The position numbers and the translations under genes are program-made. The notes beneath the pieces are model-generated. The model made no database searches and was not told the origin of the DNA. It saw only the letters and a list, made by a program, of their open reading frames with translations. Below are positions 51,396-63,650 of a stretch of 64,000 nt of DNA, in pieces. The stretch covers positions 15,874,001-15,938,000 of the forward strand of contig NC_045696.1 of the NCBI RefSeq assembly GCF_009834535.1. Direction: 5' to 3'. Numbering within the stretch: the stretch's first letter is position 1; the number at the start of each line of letters is the position of its first letter. Origin of the DNA: Camelus ferus. Taxonomy: Eukaryota.

Positions 51396-53921
51396 ATAGT
51401 TGTTCATGACCTCTGGTGCAGTAATTTCTTCAAAAGTGAGTAGAAAATTTTTGTGCAAAAATATCCTCTGTAGCCTTATTTTTAAGAACAAATAACTGGA
51501 AACAACTGGAATGCCACAAAACATAGGATGGTGAAATAAAATATGGTGCATCCAATGTTCTTATCCCCTGGATGCCTCAAAATTCGTGGTTTTGAACATT
51601 ATCAATGACAAATTGTTAGGTGACAAAGCATCATTTAAAACTATTTATGCAGCATATGACAAATTGGTTTAGGCATAAACATATATGCATATACCATGGA
51701 CAAGTATAGTCGTATGTATAGTTTTATATGCACTAATATGACTGAAGAATAGAAAAAGCACTAGAAGGAAGTAGAACAATACATTAATAATTCTGGATAA
51801 TTCTGAGTAGTTATCAGCATAGTTACCTGAGTAGTAGTAGTTAATTCAAGGCATTTTTTTATTTTGTTATTTTTTTTTTACTTTTCAGTATGCTTTAAAT
51901 TTTTAGACATAAATTCAGAAATGATTGTTTTTCTTTAAATAATAAAAAAAATTCAGTACTAGCTTTCCCCAAATTTACACCTTAATGGGAAAATCAAGAC
52001 AGAATTACCATAACTTTAAAATCCTAAAAGCAGTATCAGAAATTTAGACATAAATTACATCTTAATCTTAATGATTCTTTGTTTAAAGAAAGAGGATTGC
52101 TAAATGTTCTGAAGATAAATAAGATACCAAATAACGTGTATTCCTATCATTTGAACTCCTTACATTTTTTATTAACTGTTTTTTTTTTTTTTCTGTTTTG
52201 GGGAAGACTAAGGACTAACCTTCTCTTCTAAAACTAGAATTTTAAGTAAATCAATATCAAGGAGGTAAAGTGATCAACTGAGTCCTTTTGGGGAGAAAAA
52301 CTATAGATTACAGTGATTATGAAAATTCATAAGGGCAAATGAACAGCAAGGCAGCAGACTTCACATTTAGCACAGATTCCTGCCTCTAGCTACAGCATAG
52401 AGTTAACCAAGCTTCTTCACTTTGGCAAGATCACAGGGCAGTCTGTCTGCAAAATACCTCCAAGGTCAGGTGGGGTCACTGAATCAGTCAGAGTTACAGA
52501 ATAAGAAGAGCCAGCCTTAAGCAAAATTGGAAAGCCAGCAAATTTTTGTCTTCTGCACTGTGCATAACACACACATGTGCAAAAATCTAACCTTCTTTGG
52601 AATTCCTCCTTCTACTCTCTGCTGCAAAGCCCCCTGCCCAGTATCTGAATACACTCTCACTCTCATCCCAGCTTTCCAGGTTAACTCAAAATAGATCGTA
52701 CTGCCTTCCTAGAAGTAGCTCGAGCTGTGTGACCCTCCCACTCCTCTCCTTGTCTGTCCTCAGTCTTCAACCAATTTGGAGAACTACATTGCTCTTTAAA
52801 ATAAAAAATGTAATGGCTGATGAGGCATTAAAATTGGTTATGGGGTTTTCTTCTTTCAGGCAACAGACTCAGATTAACAAAGCCCTTGCAGAGGTCATGA
52901 GTAAGAAAAAAGAATGCTGAAATGGTGAGGACTGCAAATGCTCTTGTCTGAGCGGTAACAGAAATACTCTGGGGCAGGCAAGCCTTTTGAGTCACATCAT
53001 CCCAGCAATCACCCGCCCTGGTAGTGCCAAGCCTGACTGACAGTAACGTTGGCAAGCATTTTTGCAGCATTTTGTTGGAGTTAGTGGGAGCAGTAGAAAA
53101 GGACGAAGAGAACAGAGACAAGAAATGGTGCAAAAGCTTAGAATCTGAGTTGATGGAAATGCCCGAGAGACTCCACAGAAACAGAAAGTTGAATATTCAA
53201 CTCCACAGATAATCAGCTGTAAAAAGCTGAGGTGTAACCTCCCTTTCCATTACCTGTGTCTTCAGTAAAGTTGGTGACTCACACAAATGCCTGTGTGCTT
53301 AAGGGTTCTCACTGGGAAAAGCTAGATGAGGAGAAGGATCAGAATTCTCTAAATGATAAAATTAGCCATTTTCTGAATTTCTTCAGCAAAATCGGTCTCT
53401 GAGACAAAAAAAAGATAGGGGAAAATGTTAGTCATGCTTCTCCCTGGGAGCCTTATGTGCTAGTCAGTCTCCTTGTCTTCAGCCACCATTGGGAAGGGGA
53501 GTCTAGACAATTTCATCTGATTCAAGTTCAAGCTATCTCAAACGACAGAGAGCTACAGAAGCTAAGTTGAAACATAAGTGACATCAATGCCATCCCATAG
53601 TCGCAGAACATGGCCAAATAATGTGTCCTGACTGGGCCAGGCGTTTCCTATCAAGTCATGAGTTTCTTTGCTATGTGCTATTTTGCTTAGGTCTTCCTTG
53701 ACTGTCAGTTCTACCAAAATGTATCTGAGCAAAAGTCTCTCCGAAATGGTGAACTCGGGGCAAACTGTACCTGTTGTCATGGATATCGTCAGACAGTTTA
53801 AATATATGACTGGTCATTATGTTGTTTCTTTGTGGTCTTAACGAAGCTACAGAAAACAATTACTCAACCTGCCTACTGCTTGGCTGGTTCAAACAAACAG
53901 CACCAGCTGGTAGCACGCCAA

Positions 53922-54443
53922 TTTTTTTTTTTTTTTGAGTTATAGTCATTTTATAGTGTTGTGTCAATTTCCAGTGTAGAGCACAATTTTTCAGCTATAC
54001 ATGAACATACATATACTCATTGTCACATTTTTTTTTGCTGTGAGCTACCACAAGATCTTGTATACACTTCCCTGTGCTATGCAGTATAATCTTGTTTATC
54101 TATTCTACATATGCCTGTCAGTATCTACAGATTTCGAAATCCCAGTCTGTCCCTTCCCACCCACCTCCCCCTTGGCAACCACAAGTTTGTATTCTATGTC
54201 TATGAATCTGTTTCTGTTTTGCATTTATGTTTTTTTTTTTTTTTTAGATTCCACATATGAGCGATCTCATATGGTATTTTTCTTTCTCTTTCTGGCTTAC
54301 TTCACTTAGAATGACATTCTTCAGGGACATCCATGTTGCTGCACATGGTGTTATGTTGTCGTTTTATGGCTGAATAGTATTCCATTGTAGAAATATACTA
54401 CATCTTCTTTATCCAGTCATCTGTTGATGGACATTTAGGCTGT
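53922..54443 (-). mobile_element. Young-looking 5'-truncated L1 3' end with a clean poly(A)
   Basis: T15 run, then gagttatagtcattttatagtgttgtgtcaatttccagtg...ttagattccacatatgagcgatctcatatggtatt...tggacatttaggctgt. Confidence 0.9.
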
Positions 54444-54714
54444 AAATATTTTTAACTCTTTCCTAGTTGGCTGCCTTTCCTCTCTCCCCTTAATCCAGAT
54501 AAAATGTATCATTTTCCTGTACCTCTCAGTCCAACTGTCACCCTCTTAACTCACCAATGACTCACTTAAACCTAAGTAATAGAATGTATACATGTGTCTC
54601 CTCTACTTCTCCAAAATGCCTTGTTAGGTCAAGGACATGAATTTTACATTTGACATTGAGCTTGGCATTTAGAAAATGCTCATAATATATACTGAATAAA
54701 TGAAAGGTCCTTTC

Positions 54715-55045
54715 CCCTTCAGGGGCTTTGCCCTTGCCCTGGAATTCTTCTCCTAAGGGCTTTTTAGATGTCTAGCACAGTCTCATCCTTAGGTCTTTGA
54801 CTCAGCTGTAACTTTTTACTGACTCCTCACTACTTTCTCTAAAGCAGCCTCTGCCCTGATTACTTTCTTAATCATCACTTTGTTGATTTTCTTCATAGCA
54901 ATAGTCACAATCTGTAATTACCTTATTTCTTTCTGTACAATTTCATTAATGTCTCTTATAAATTATCTGAGGGAAGGAGCCTTGTGTGTGCTGTTTACAG
55001 CTTTTTCCTCAACACCCAAAGCACAGAAGGCACCAAATTGTTGTT
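54715..55045 (+). mobile_element. L2 3' fragment
   Basis: cctcactactttctctaaagcagcc...ttttcttcatagcaatagtcacaatctgtaattacc...tgagggaaggagccttgtgtgtgctgtttac. Confidence 0.55.
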
Positions 55046-55190
55046 GAAAGGAAGGTTACCAGGTCTGGGTTGACAGTGGAGTTCTGTAGTGAAGCTTTCT
55101 GCCCAGGACACAAACTAAGACAGACCAGATACCTAGGAAGTAGTTTCTGAGTGTGATTGTGTTTTATTTCCGTGCGAGGCTTGCACTTAC

Positions 55191-55330
55191 TTGCTGGGTG
55201 CGTGAGGTGTGACCCTTGATGTAACAGTCAATGAATCCTACCCATCGGCACACATGTCTAAACACAGAGCACCACTGCCGATGGCAAGCACATTGGCAAA
55301 GGTCCAAATTCATATTAGCACTCCTTACAG
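55191..55330 (-). other. Candidate 140-nt internal exon (lncRNA, UTR or unknown)
   Basis: Minus strand ttctttttgcag|CTGTAAGG...CCCAGCAA|gtaagt: good acceptor and a consensus donor in non-repetitive sequence. No partner exons or homology recognised. Confidence 0.3.
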
Positions 55331-56334
55331 CTGCAAAAAGAATGCTGAAGATTTTCCTTTTATACATAAATCTTTGTGGTCTTTGACTTTACTTTGTTCT
55401 GATATATTGAACATTTTTCTTCTCCCTCCCACCATCTTTTTTTTTTTTTAAAGGAGAGAGGATTTGGTTGTTCAATCAAAATATTTCTGTCTTAAATTAA
55501 AATGTACTTAATCTTGTTCCAAACTTCCACAAGAACAGTGATGTTTTTTGGAATGAAACATATTTTCATGGGAGGATTACTTACCACTTTAAGTATTTGA
55601 ATAAATTTCCCTCTAAAGCTTGGCCTGTGCACACAAGAGTTTTCAAATATCTAGGAAAGCACTTTTTTTTTTTCTTTCTGGAAACTTCACAGTTTATCTT
55701 GTTCTAAATTCTCTCATGTTTCCTAATCATGGGAAATCTTTTAATGAAGTAGTTAAAATTATGGATAACTTCATTATGGAAAAATTGACATTCTTCAAAT
55801 TCTCTTTAGGACGAAGTTATGGTTTTGGAACATTAGTTCATTTCCCTTAAGAGCTTAACATTTCTTGATAAAGAGACTTTTTTCCCCATGAATATCTTGC
55901 TGCCTCAACTTTGTATATAATTGTTGAATAATCCATGTCAATTTCCTATCAAAAGCTAAATGTGGAAAAAATATTTTGTTGTGGCCAAACATTTTATTTC
56001 ATTTCACTTTTCATGTGCAAATGTCACAAAACTGGTCAGTCAGGAAAAGTAAATTTGTTAGTATTTTTTAAATAAACCTTTATCTTCTTGAAAGTAGAAA
56101 GTAAATTATTCTGCAGGGGTTGGGGGTAAATAATGAAAAGCCATGTAGTCCAGTATAAAACAAGATTTGATGTAAACATTTGTCAGTAAATATTTCATAT
56201 CAAGTAGATATTTTTGACTAATGTATTTTTGTTAATCAAATTCAGTATTTTTATCAAAACCAATTTATAAGTCTACTCACCAGTGAGAGAGAGCTTCAGT
56301 GATAAATTTTCTTGACCACTTTTCTTTTTACGTC

Positions 56335-56720
56335 TTATCCTTTCCATAAAGCAAGGACCCCTGAGCCTGGCCTCCAGGGTCTTCACAGTTCATCACTTGG
56401 GTCTTCATCCATCTCTCTTTTCCACACGCTATTTTGCAGGCAGGCACACTGGATGATTTGCCATCCTCAGATCAACAATATAAAACATGCAGACTTCTGT
56501 GCTTTTCAGTATGATGCTTCTTCTTTCTCCTTCCCAGCTATCCAGCCTGGATAAACAATTAATTCCTCTGTGTTTCCACGCAACTTGATACATCTACAGT
56601 TATCAAATTAATTGCTTATATATCTGTCTTCCCATGTCCCCACCTCCCCAACTCCTCTGGAACAGAAATCTTTCCTTAGTCATTTTTGTGTTTCTAGTAT
56701 AGAGCATAATGTTAGCATAC
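56335..56720 (+). mobile_element. L2 fragment (degraded)
   Basis: gagcctggcctccagggtcttcac ... tatatctgtcttccc ... gtcatttttgtgtttctagtatagagcataatg. Confidence 0.45.
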
Positions 56721-58861
56721 TCTGACCTACGTAAGCATGCAAAGGTTGCCTCAACTTTGTTCATTGTTTAAATCTGCATGTATATGATTCTACTTTGTTC
56801 TGATTTTTCCAACCACTGCCAGAAAACAAGTTATTAGAGAGAGAAAGAGAGAGGGAGAATTAAAATACTTTCAGTTAATAATTGGTGATTTAAAACCGGT
56901 CAATGGAAATGATAGAATTTGTACTCCTATGTATTTTTTTTAAAACCTTATTGACTGACTGTCCTGTAACATTATCTGGGTGAGCTGTTCAATTGAATAA
57001 CCACATCTTCCATCTTCTCTTTAAAACAGGGGGACATTATGTGTATTATTCTGAGAACTAAGGGAAAATATCAAGGTGGCTTACTCCTTAATAATTCTTA
57101 CTAATTTAAATAATTCATATTATGTGAGGAAGCCACTGAACCAGAGTATCCTGGGAAATCAAGTGAAGAAGAGCATGTTTGCTGAAAGCCCTGATGAAAA
57201 CATTAGAAAGAGGATAAATCTACACTAAGAAATGATGTGTCTATTATTAGCAACCTACGATTTATATTAAAACAGAACTGTAGACCAGATAAGCTGTCTC
57301 TCTCAGTCACCTATCATTACTTTCCACCTTTGTCTCTTTGGTACAAATGGAAAATTACATAGAATCCAGCTATTTTTATTGTAGTCAGATCTATCAATAT
57401 ATATATAGGCGTGATTTTTTTATGGTTATAACTTCATCTTTGACTTCACTGGATTATAATGACACTGAGGAAAACACTGGGGCTCAGGGTTTAGCAGTGG
57501 TGTGGTAGGTAAGAGAGGTTCTTTGAGGCCATGCAAACAGACTGTCCTTGCAGCCTGTGTAGCTATGATGGAAGGTCACTCTAACTGGGACTACCATTGT
57601 TATCCATTTTCCAGCATTATTATATTTACTGAACACATAAAATATTAGAACTCCTATTTTGTGTACATATGAATATGTACCAAGATTTCTTTTCCTAAAT
57701 GTCTATTAAAATAATAAGTTGCATAACTCAAACAATCTCTCAAAACTCTCCTACCATGACATTGTGTGTCTTTAAACTAAAGCAACTCTTTAAAATTCCA
57801 ACAAATAATACAATAAAATAGCTTAAGAGAGAGTTAGAAGAATAGGTATAAAACACACACTAAAGTTCAGATGATGGAAAAAATTCTGTCTCAGAAATCT
57901 TAATCTTTATTCAAAAAGAAAATAAAACGTCAAAGCAATATAAATGCTACAAAGGAGCTAGCTATCATTTTTTTATTTGTCAATATCTAGAAAGGAACAG
58001 GAATTCTACAAGGAATGATTGAAGAATATCTACCTTTTGTGAGCACACTTTCCCCGAAACATTTACCTATCCAAAGTTTTAATCCTTCCTTAAGACATTT
58101 CACATCATGTATTAAAAGAGTAGAATTTTCAAGTTATTTGAAGAATACAAAATTGAAAATATTTCAGGTTTTTTTTACTGCAGAATAAGAAAATCATACT
58201 TCTATAATGGGAAATACCTTTTGTACATTCTATAACCAGCAAAGTTAGTTTCAATTTTCAGAATATTACAACACTCAACAATTTGATTTGCCTAACCTTC
58301 TTTTCAGACCAGTTTTACAGAAGACAACATTTGAAGAAGAGTGGGAAAGAAATAAGGCATGAAAGAATAAAATAATAATTTTGACTACTGGTGTACAATA
58401 GTTCTTAAGCTCAAAAAGATGGAATATTGTGCAAAGAAAGATCCACTTTACAAAGAGATCATAATGAAAGGAAAATGTTGCTAGCTTAGAGTGTGCTTAT
58501 TAAAATCATAAGACTATAATCTTGTGACCTTTCTCAGAGGTGGCATTCAATACCTGATGGTTGCCTCATGCTTCTTGTACACTCATCTATGTGCAAAGAG
58601 ATCAAAGTGAAGCCTAAAAGTAAACAGCAAAGTGTTAGAATGTCCTAATGTGTGACGGGATCTTTTTCCCATTATGGAACCATCAAAAAGTCCTTAACCA
58701 AATTCTGGAGTTGCTCTGAGCAAAAATTATGGGATATGTGCATATACAAACACATACACCACGTAATATATTGGCCTTCATTTTCACAATGGTTTTATAT
58801 TCTAAGGATTCTCAAGGTAAGAATACTATAATATTACTGCCCTGTCCTCTAGGGACCAGAT

Positions 58862-59018
58862 GATATGGCAGTTCTGTGGGTTCTGAAACCAAAATACTCA
58901 GGTTTAAATCCTGCCTCTCCCATTCAAGGTGTATGAACTTGAAAAACTTACTTAACTCCATTTAGCAGTTTGGTCATGTATAAAATGAGGATAATACCTA
59001 CTTTGTATAGTTGTTAAA
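58862..59018 (+). mobile_element. MIR fragment
   Basis: ggtttaaatcctgcctctccc...gtatgaacttgaaaaacttacttaac...gtataaaatgaggataataccctac. Confidence 0.7.
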
Positions 59019-59103
59019 ATAGCACTTTAAAGAAAAACTGACAGAACTGAAAGAAGAAACAGACAAATCTGCAGGTATATTTGGAAATTTCAAAACTCCT
59101 CTC

Positions 59104-59425
59104 TTAAGCAGAATGGTAGTTGCCAGGGGCTGGAGGATGGGGACATGGGGTGGTATTAGTCAAAGAGTAAAAACTTTCAGTTATAAGATGAATAAGTTGT
59201 GGAGATCTAAGGTATAGCATGGTGCCTATAGAGAACAGTACTGTATTATATTCTTGAAAATTGCTAAGAGAGTAAGTCTTAAGTGTTCTTATCACCAAAA
59301 GAAGAAAAAAGTAATTATGTGAGGTGATGGAGATTATTTCACAATATACAAGTGTATCAGATTATCACATTGTACACCTTAAACTTACACAATATGTCAG
59401 TTATATCTCAATAAAGGTAAAAAAA
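59104..59425 (+). mobile_element. L1MA-type 3' end nested in the older L1
   Basis: agaatggtagttgccaggggctgg...aaactttcagttataagatgaataagttgtggagatctaa...ttatatctcaataaagg plus A-tail. Host sequence resumes at about 59426. Confidence 0.85.
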
Positions 59426-59841
59426 TAACTGCTTTCTCAGCAAGCAACAGAATTAGTAGAAAGTCAGCAAGATTATAAAAGAACTGTTCAACATCAACCA
59501 ACTGTCATTAAGTGACATTTATAAAACAGTCCACCCCAAAACACCAGAATAGACATTGTTTCAAGTGCACCTGGGACAGATACAAAAATAGACTATATAC
59601 TGAGTTAGAAAAGAAGCCTTAACAAATTCAAAGAATTTAAATCATACAAAGTATGTTCTCTGAAAATAATGGAATTAAACTAGAAATCAAAAACAGAACT
59701 GTACCAGGAAAAACTCCACACACTTAGAAATTAAACAACAGCAATTTAAAGTGAACAAAAATGAAAACACAATATATCAAAATTTGTGGAATGCAGCTAA
59801 AGCAGTGCTCAGAGGGAAATTTATAGCAATAAATGCTTACG

Positions 59842-60882
59842 TGGGTAGCCCTAGCTTTGAGTAATTCCAATATACATGAATTTCAGTTACCACAGTTTAA
59901 CTAAGTAATATCAGTTCCTCAACAACACTGTTCAAACTTCAGTTACTAAAAACTAAAGATTTTTAGAATATATTTACTGTGAATAATTGCATAAAGTACA
60001 AACTTTGTTTCTAGCCCTTCAGTCCACAAATCACTATGTAAATAACAGATGAGCATTGTGATCAATGACCATTACTCCTTTCAAAGTCTGTCAATAGTTG
60101 GGGGAATCTATTATTTAGTTCATGCACAGACAGCAAAAGGTGTAGTTGTGTCAAAACCTCATTTCTCAGTTTTAAAAATCCATCTGACATTTTTAAATGT
60201 ATAATTAAAAGAGGAAACTGGCCACCAAAGAAGAATGTGCAGCAAAGAAGAGAAATTAAATTTGAATCCTGACATAAACAGAGTTATAGAAGAAACAGCT
60301 GGCCATGCAAATGTGGGTGGTGTTGCCCTTCAGGAGGCTCTAGACATGGAGCCAGAGGAACTCAGTGCAGGTGATCTTATTGGCAGAAACAAGGAAAGTG
60401 GTAGCAACCAAAAAGATGAAGACGTCCCAAAGGAAATGACAGTGACAAAACTTCACATTAAAGGAACAGCTGGAAATAGTTCACAACATTAGGAGCACAA
60501 AGGATAAACTGTTGGAAACCAATCCATACTTAGAAAGCAGTAAGACAAATTGTCAACGTATAGATAAGATGCTTGCTCCACACAATGTAAAGTTCAAAGT
60601 ACTTTCATTAAGTTTGTATAAACAAATAAAACATTTCATGTCTCAAAAGCTATAATGTTTTAAATTACAATATATTATATGTGTTATTTTCATGGGTTAC
60701 TTTTCTGATTTGCCAAATACTTATAACCAACAGTAAGAGAGTTGTTAATGTATTTACAAAAATTGTTAGCAGTCATGGAAAAATCAAACTTTTCCTCTGA
60801 CTATTAAGGCTATTTTGCACCATTTCAGCTTACTTGGTCATTTCTGCAGTCCAGCTCTACCAGGCAAAGCAAGAACTGCCTG
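59842..60882 (+). mobile_element. Tigger-class DNA transposon (Tigger6-like, tentative) inserted in L1
   Basis: Termini gggtagccctagctttg... and ...caaagcaagaactgcctg|ta are degenerate inverted repeats. ORF 60235-60492 is acidic and resembles a pogo/Tigger C-terminal remnant. L1 reads through on both sides (aaatgctta..|tattacaaaagaag). Confidence 0.75.
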
Positions 60883-61685
60883 TATTACAAAAGAAGGAAA
60901 GTTACAGCTTAATAATATAATCTTCCAATTTAAGAAATTAGAGAAAGAAAAGCAAAACAAATTCAAAGCAAGCAAAGGACAAAAAAAAAAAAAAAATGTG
61001 AGAGCAGAAACAGATGAAACAGAAAAAAAAGAGAGAAAAAAAAAACCCCAATGAAACCAAAAGCTTAATTTTCAAAAAGACCTCTAGCCAGAATGACAAA
61101 CCAAAGAGAGAGAGAGAAATTACCAATACAAGTAATGGAAGCGAACATATAATTATATCATTACTGACCCTGAAGATACTAAAAGTATCCAAGACTGTAC
61201 TACAAAACAACTCTATGCACCTAAATGCAATAACTTAGATAAAATAGAACAATTCTTGAGAAACGTAGTCAAAATGAAATACACAACCTAAATAATCTTG
61301 TATCTCTTAAAGAAATTGAATTTCTATATAAAATCCTTTTGAAAATAAAATCTACAAGCCCACATGGCTTAACTAGTAAATTATATCAAAAGTTTCAAGA
61401 AAAAAATAACAGCAATTTAATATAATCTCTTCCAGAAAATAGGAGAGAGGAGAGGACACCTCTCAACTCATTTTAGAGGCCAGTACTACCCTGATAACAA
61501 AACCAAACAAAGGACAATAAGAAAACCACAGACTACTAATAACCCTCATGAAATAGACACAAAAAGATCCTCAACAAAATATTAGCAAATCAAATCCCGC
61601 AAAATATAAAACAAATAATATACACTAACCAAATGGAGTTTATCTCAGGAAAGAAAGACTGGATCAACATTTGAAAATCGATCAA

Positions 61686-61755
61686 GGGGGGAGGGTATAG
61701 CTCAATTGGTAGAGCACATGCTTAGCATGCACGAGGTCCTGGGCAGTACTTCCAT

Positions 61756-61834
<79 letters not shown>

Positions 61835-61872
61835 AATAAAACTACCTCCCCCCTCAAAAAAATATATATAAA
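61686..61872 (+). mobile_element. Vic-1-type tRNA SINE with internal B-box deletion and expanded (TAAG)n(TAAA)n linker
   Basis: ggggagggtatagctcaattggtagagcacatgcttagcatgcacgaggtcctggg|cagtacttccatt...actacctcccccc. TSD gaaaatcgatcaa (61673-61685) / gaaaatcaatcaa (61873-61885). Confidence 0.95.
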
Positions 61873-62279
61873 GAAAATCAATCAATGCAATCTACCACAT
61901 TAATAGCGTAAAGAAAAAAACACATGATCATATCAATTGATCCAGAAAAAAAGACACTTGATAAAATTCAACATTCATTCATGATAAAAACCATCAGCAA
62001 ACTTAGAATAGAATGAAACTTCCTCAGTCTGATAAAGGGCATCAGTGAAAAACCTACATCCACATAATATTTAATGGTGAAAGATTGAAAGCTTTCATCC
62101 TAATAGGAACAATGCAAGGTTGCCCACTCTCATCACTCCTATTCAGTATTACACTGTCAGTCCTAAGCAGAATAATAAGAGGAGAAAAAGTCGTATAGAC
62201 TATAAGGAAAAAAAAAAAACCATCTCTACTCACAGACAACATGGTATTTCCCTACATAGACAATCTCAAGGAATCTACA

Positions 62280-62310
<31 letters not shown>

Positions 62311-62799
62311 AAAAAACAAAAACAAAACAAAATAAAACACCTCCTAGAACTAATAAGTGAATTTAGCAAGGTCACAAGATACAAGGTGAACTTTCAAAAC
62401 TCAATCACATAGTCCCATCTACTAACAATAAACAATAAGCAATCCAGAACAATATTGAAATATACACAGCTACAACAGCTGCAAAAAAAATTAAAATCTA
62501 TGTTCACAGATTGCAAGGCTCAACATAGTAAAAGATGCCAACTCTTCCAAGTGGATCTACAGATAAAACACAATTACAATCAAAATCCCAGCAGGATTGT
62601 TTTGTAAATGTAGACAAGCTGATTCTAAAATTCATATGGACAAGCAAAGCCAAAGTAATTTTGAAAAAGAATAAAACTAGAAGTATCCTGAATTTTAGAC
62701 CTACTATAACGTTATAGTATGGTACTAGTGAAGAGATAGACACACAAGTCAGTGGAACAGAATGGAGTCCAGCTAAACCTCCACATAAATGGCCCATTA

Positions 62800-63650
62800 A
62801 TTTTTTCTCTTTTTTCCCTATAAAAATCCTCTGTGTTCCACCTATTCATCCTTCCCTCCTCATAACTCCTAGGAACCACTGATATTTTTATTATCTCTAT
62901 AGTTATAACTTTTCTAGAATGTCATATAATGGGGCTCATACAGTAAATAACATTTTCAGATTGCCTCTTTCACTTGGTAATATGCACTTGAGATTCTTCC
63001 ATGTCTTTTCATGGTTTGATAGCTCATTTCATTTTAGTATCAAATAACTTTCCTTTCTAGAAGTACCATAATTTATGTAACCATTCACCTTCTGAAGGAT
63101 ATCCTGGTTGCTTCCAAGTTTTGGCAATTATGAATGAAGCTGCTATAAACATCTACAGACATGTTTCTGAGTGGACATAAGTTTTTAACTCATTTGGGTA
63201 AATACCAAAGAGCATAGCTGCTAGATTGTAATAGTAAGAGTATTTTTAGTTTTGTAAGAAACTACCAAAATGTCTTTCCAAATGGCTGTATCATTCCACA
63301 TTTCTACCAGCAATAAATGAGAGTTTCTGTTGCTCTACATCCTTTCCAACATTTAGTGTTTACAGTGTTTTTGATTTTGGTATGTAGTGGTATCTCAGTG
63401 TTGGTAGAATTTGCAACTCCCTAATAACATATGATATTGAGCATCTTTTCATATGCATATTTGCCATCTATACATCTTCTTTGATAAGGTGTCTGTTCAA
63501 GTCTTTGGTCCATTTTTTAAACCAGATTCTTCACTTTCTTATTGTTAAGTTTTAAGAGTTCTTTGTATATTTTGGATAAGAGTCCTTTATCAAATATGTC
63601 TATTGCAAATATTCTCTCCCACTCTGTGAATTTTGTTCTCATTCTCTTGA
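62800..63650 (-). mobile_element. Antisense L1 3' portion (L1MB-like) nested in the older L1
   Basis: cctattcatccttccctcc...ggaaccactgat...gttgcttccaagttttggcaattatgaatgaagctgctataaacat...ggataagagtcctttatcaaatatg. Host L1 resumes at accagctgatttttt. Confidence 0.85.

Noticed and set aside
28137..53786. Identical X-box-like 14-mer gttgtcatggatat at 28137-28150 and 53773-53786
   Set aside because: Several 14-mer matches are expected by chance in 64 kb (about 64000^2/2/4^14, roughly 8), and the flanks do not extend.
53562..53859. RTE-like reverse transcriptase C-terminal motifs (FGHVLR, GRPK) in minus-strand ORFs
   Set aside because: The motifs are in different frames and in the reverse order to RTE ORF2, with no further similarity. 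Likely chance.
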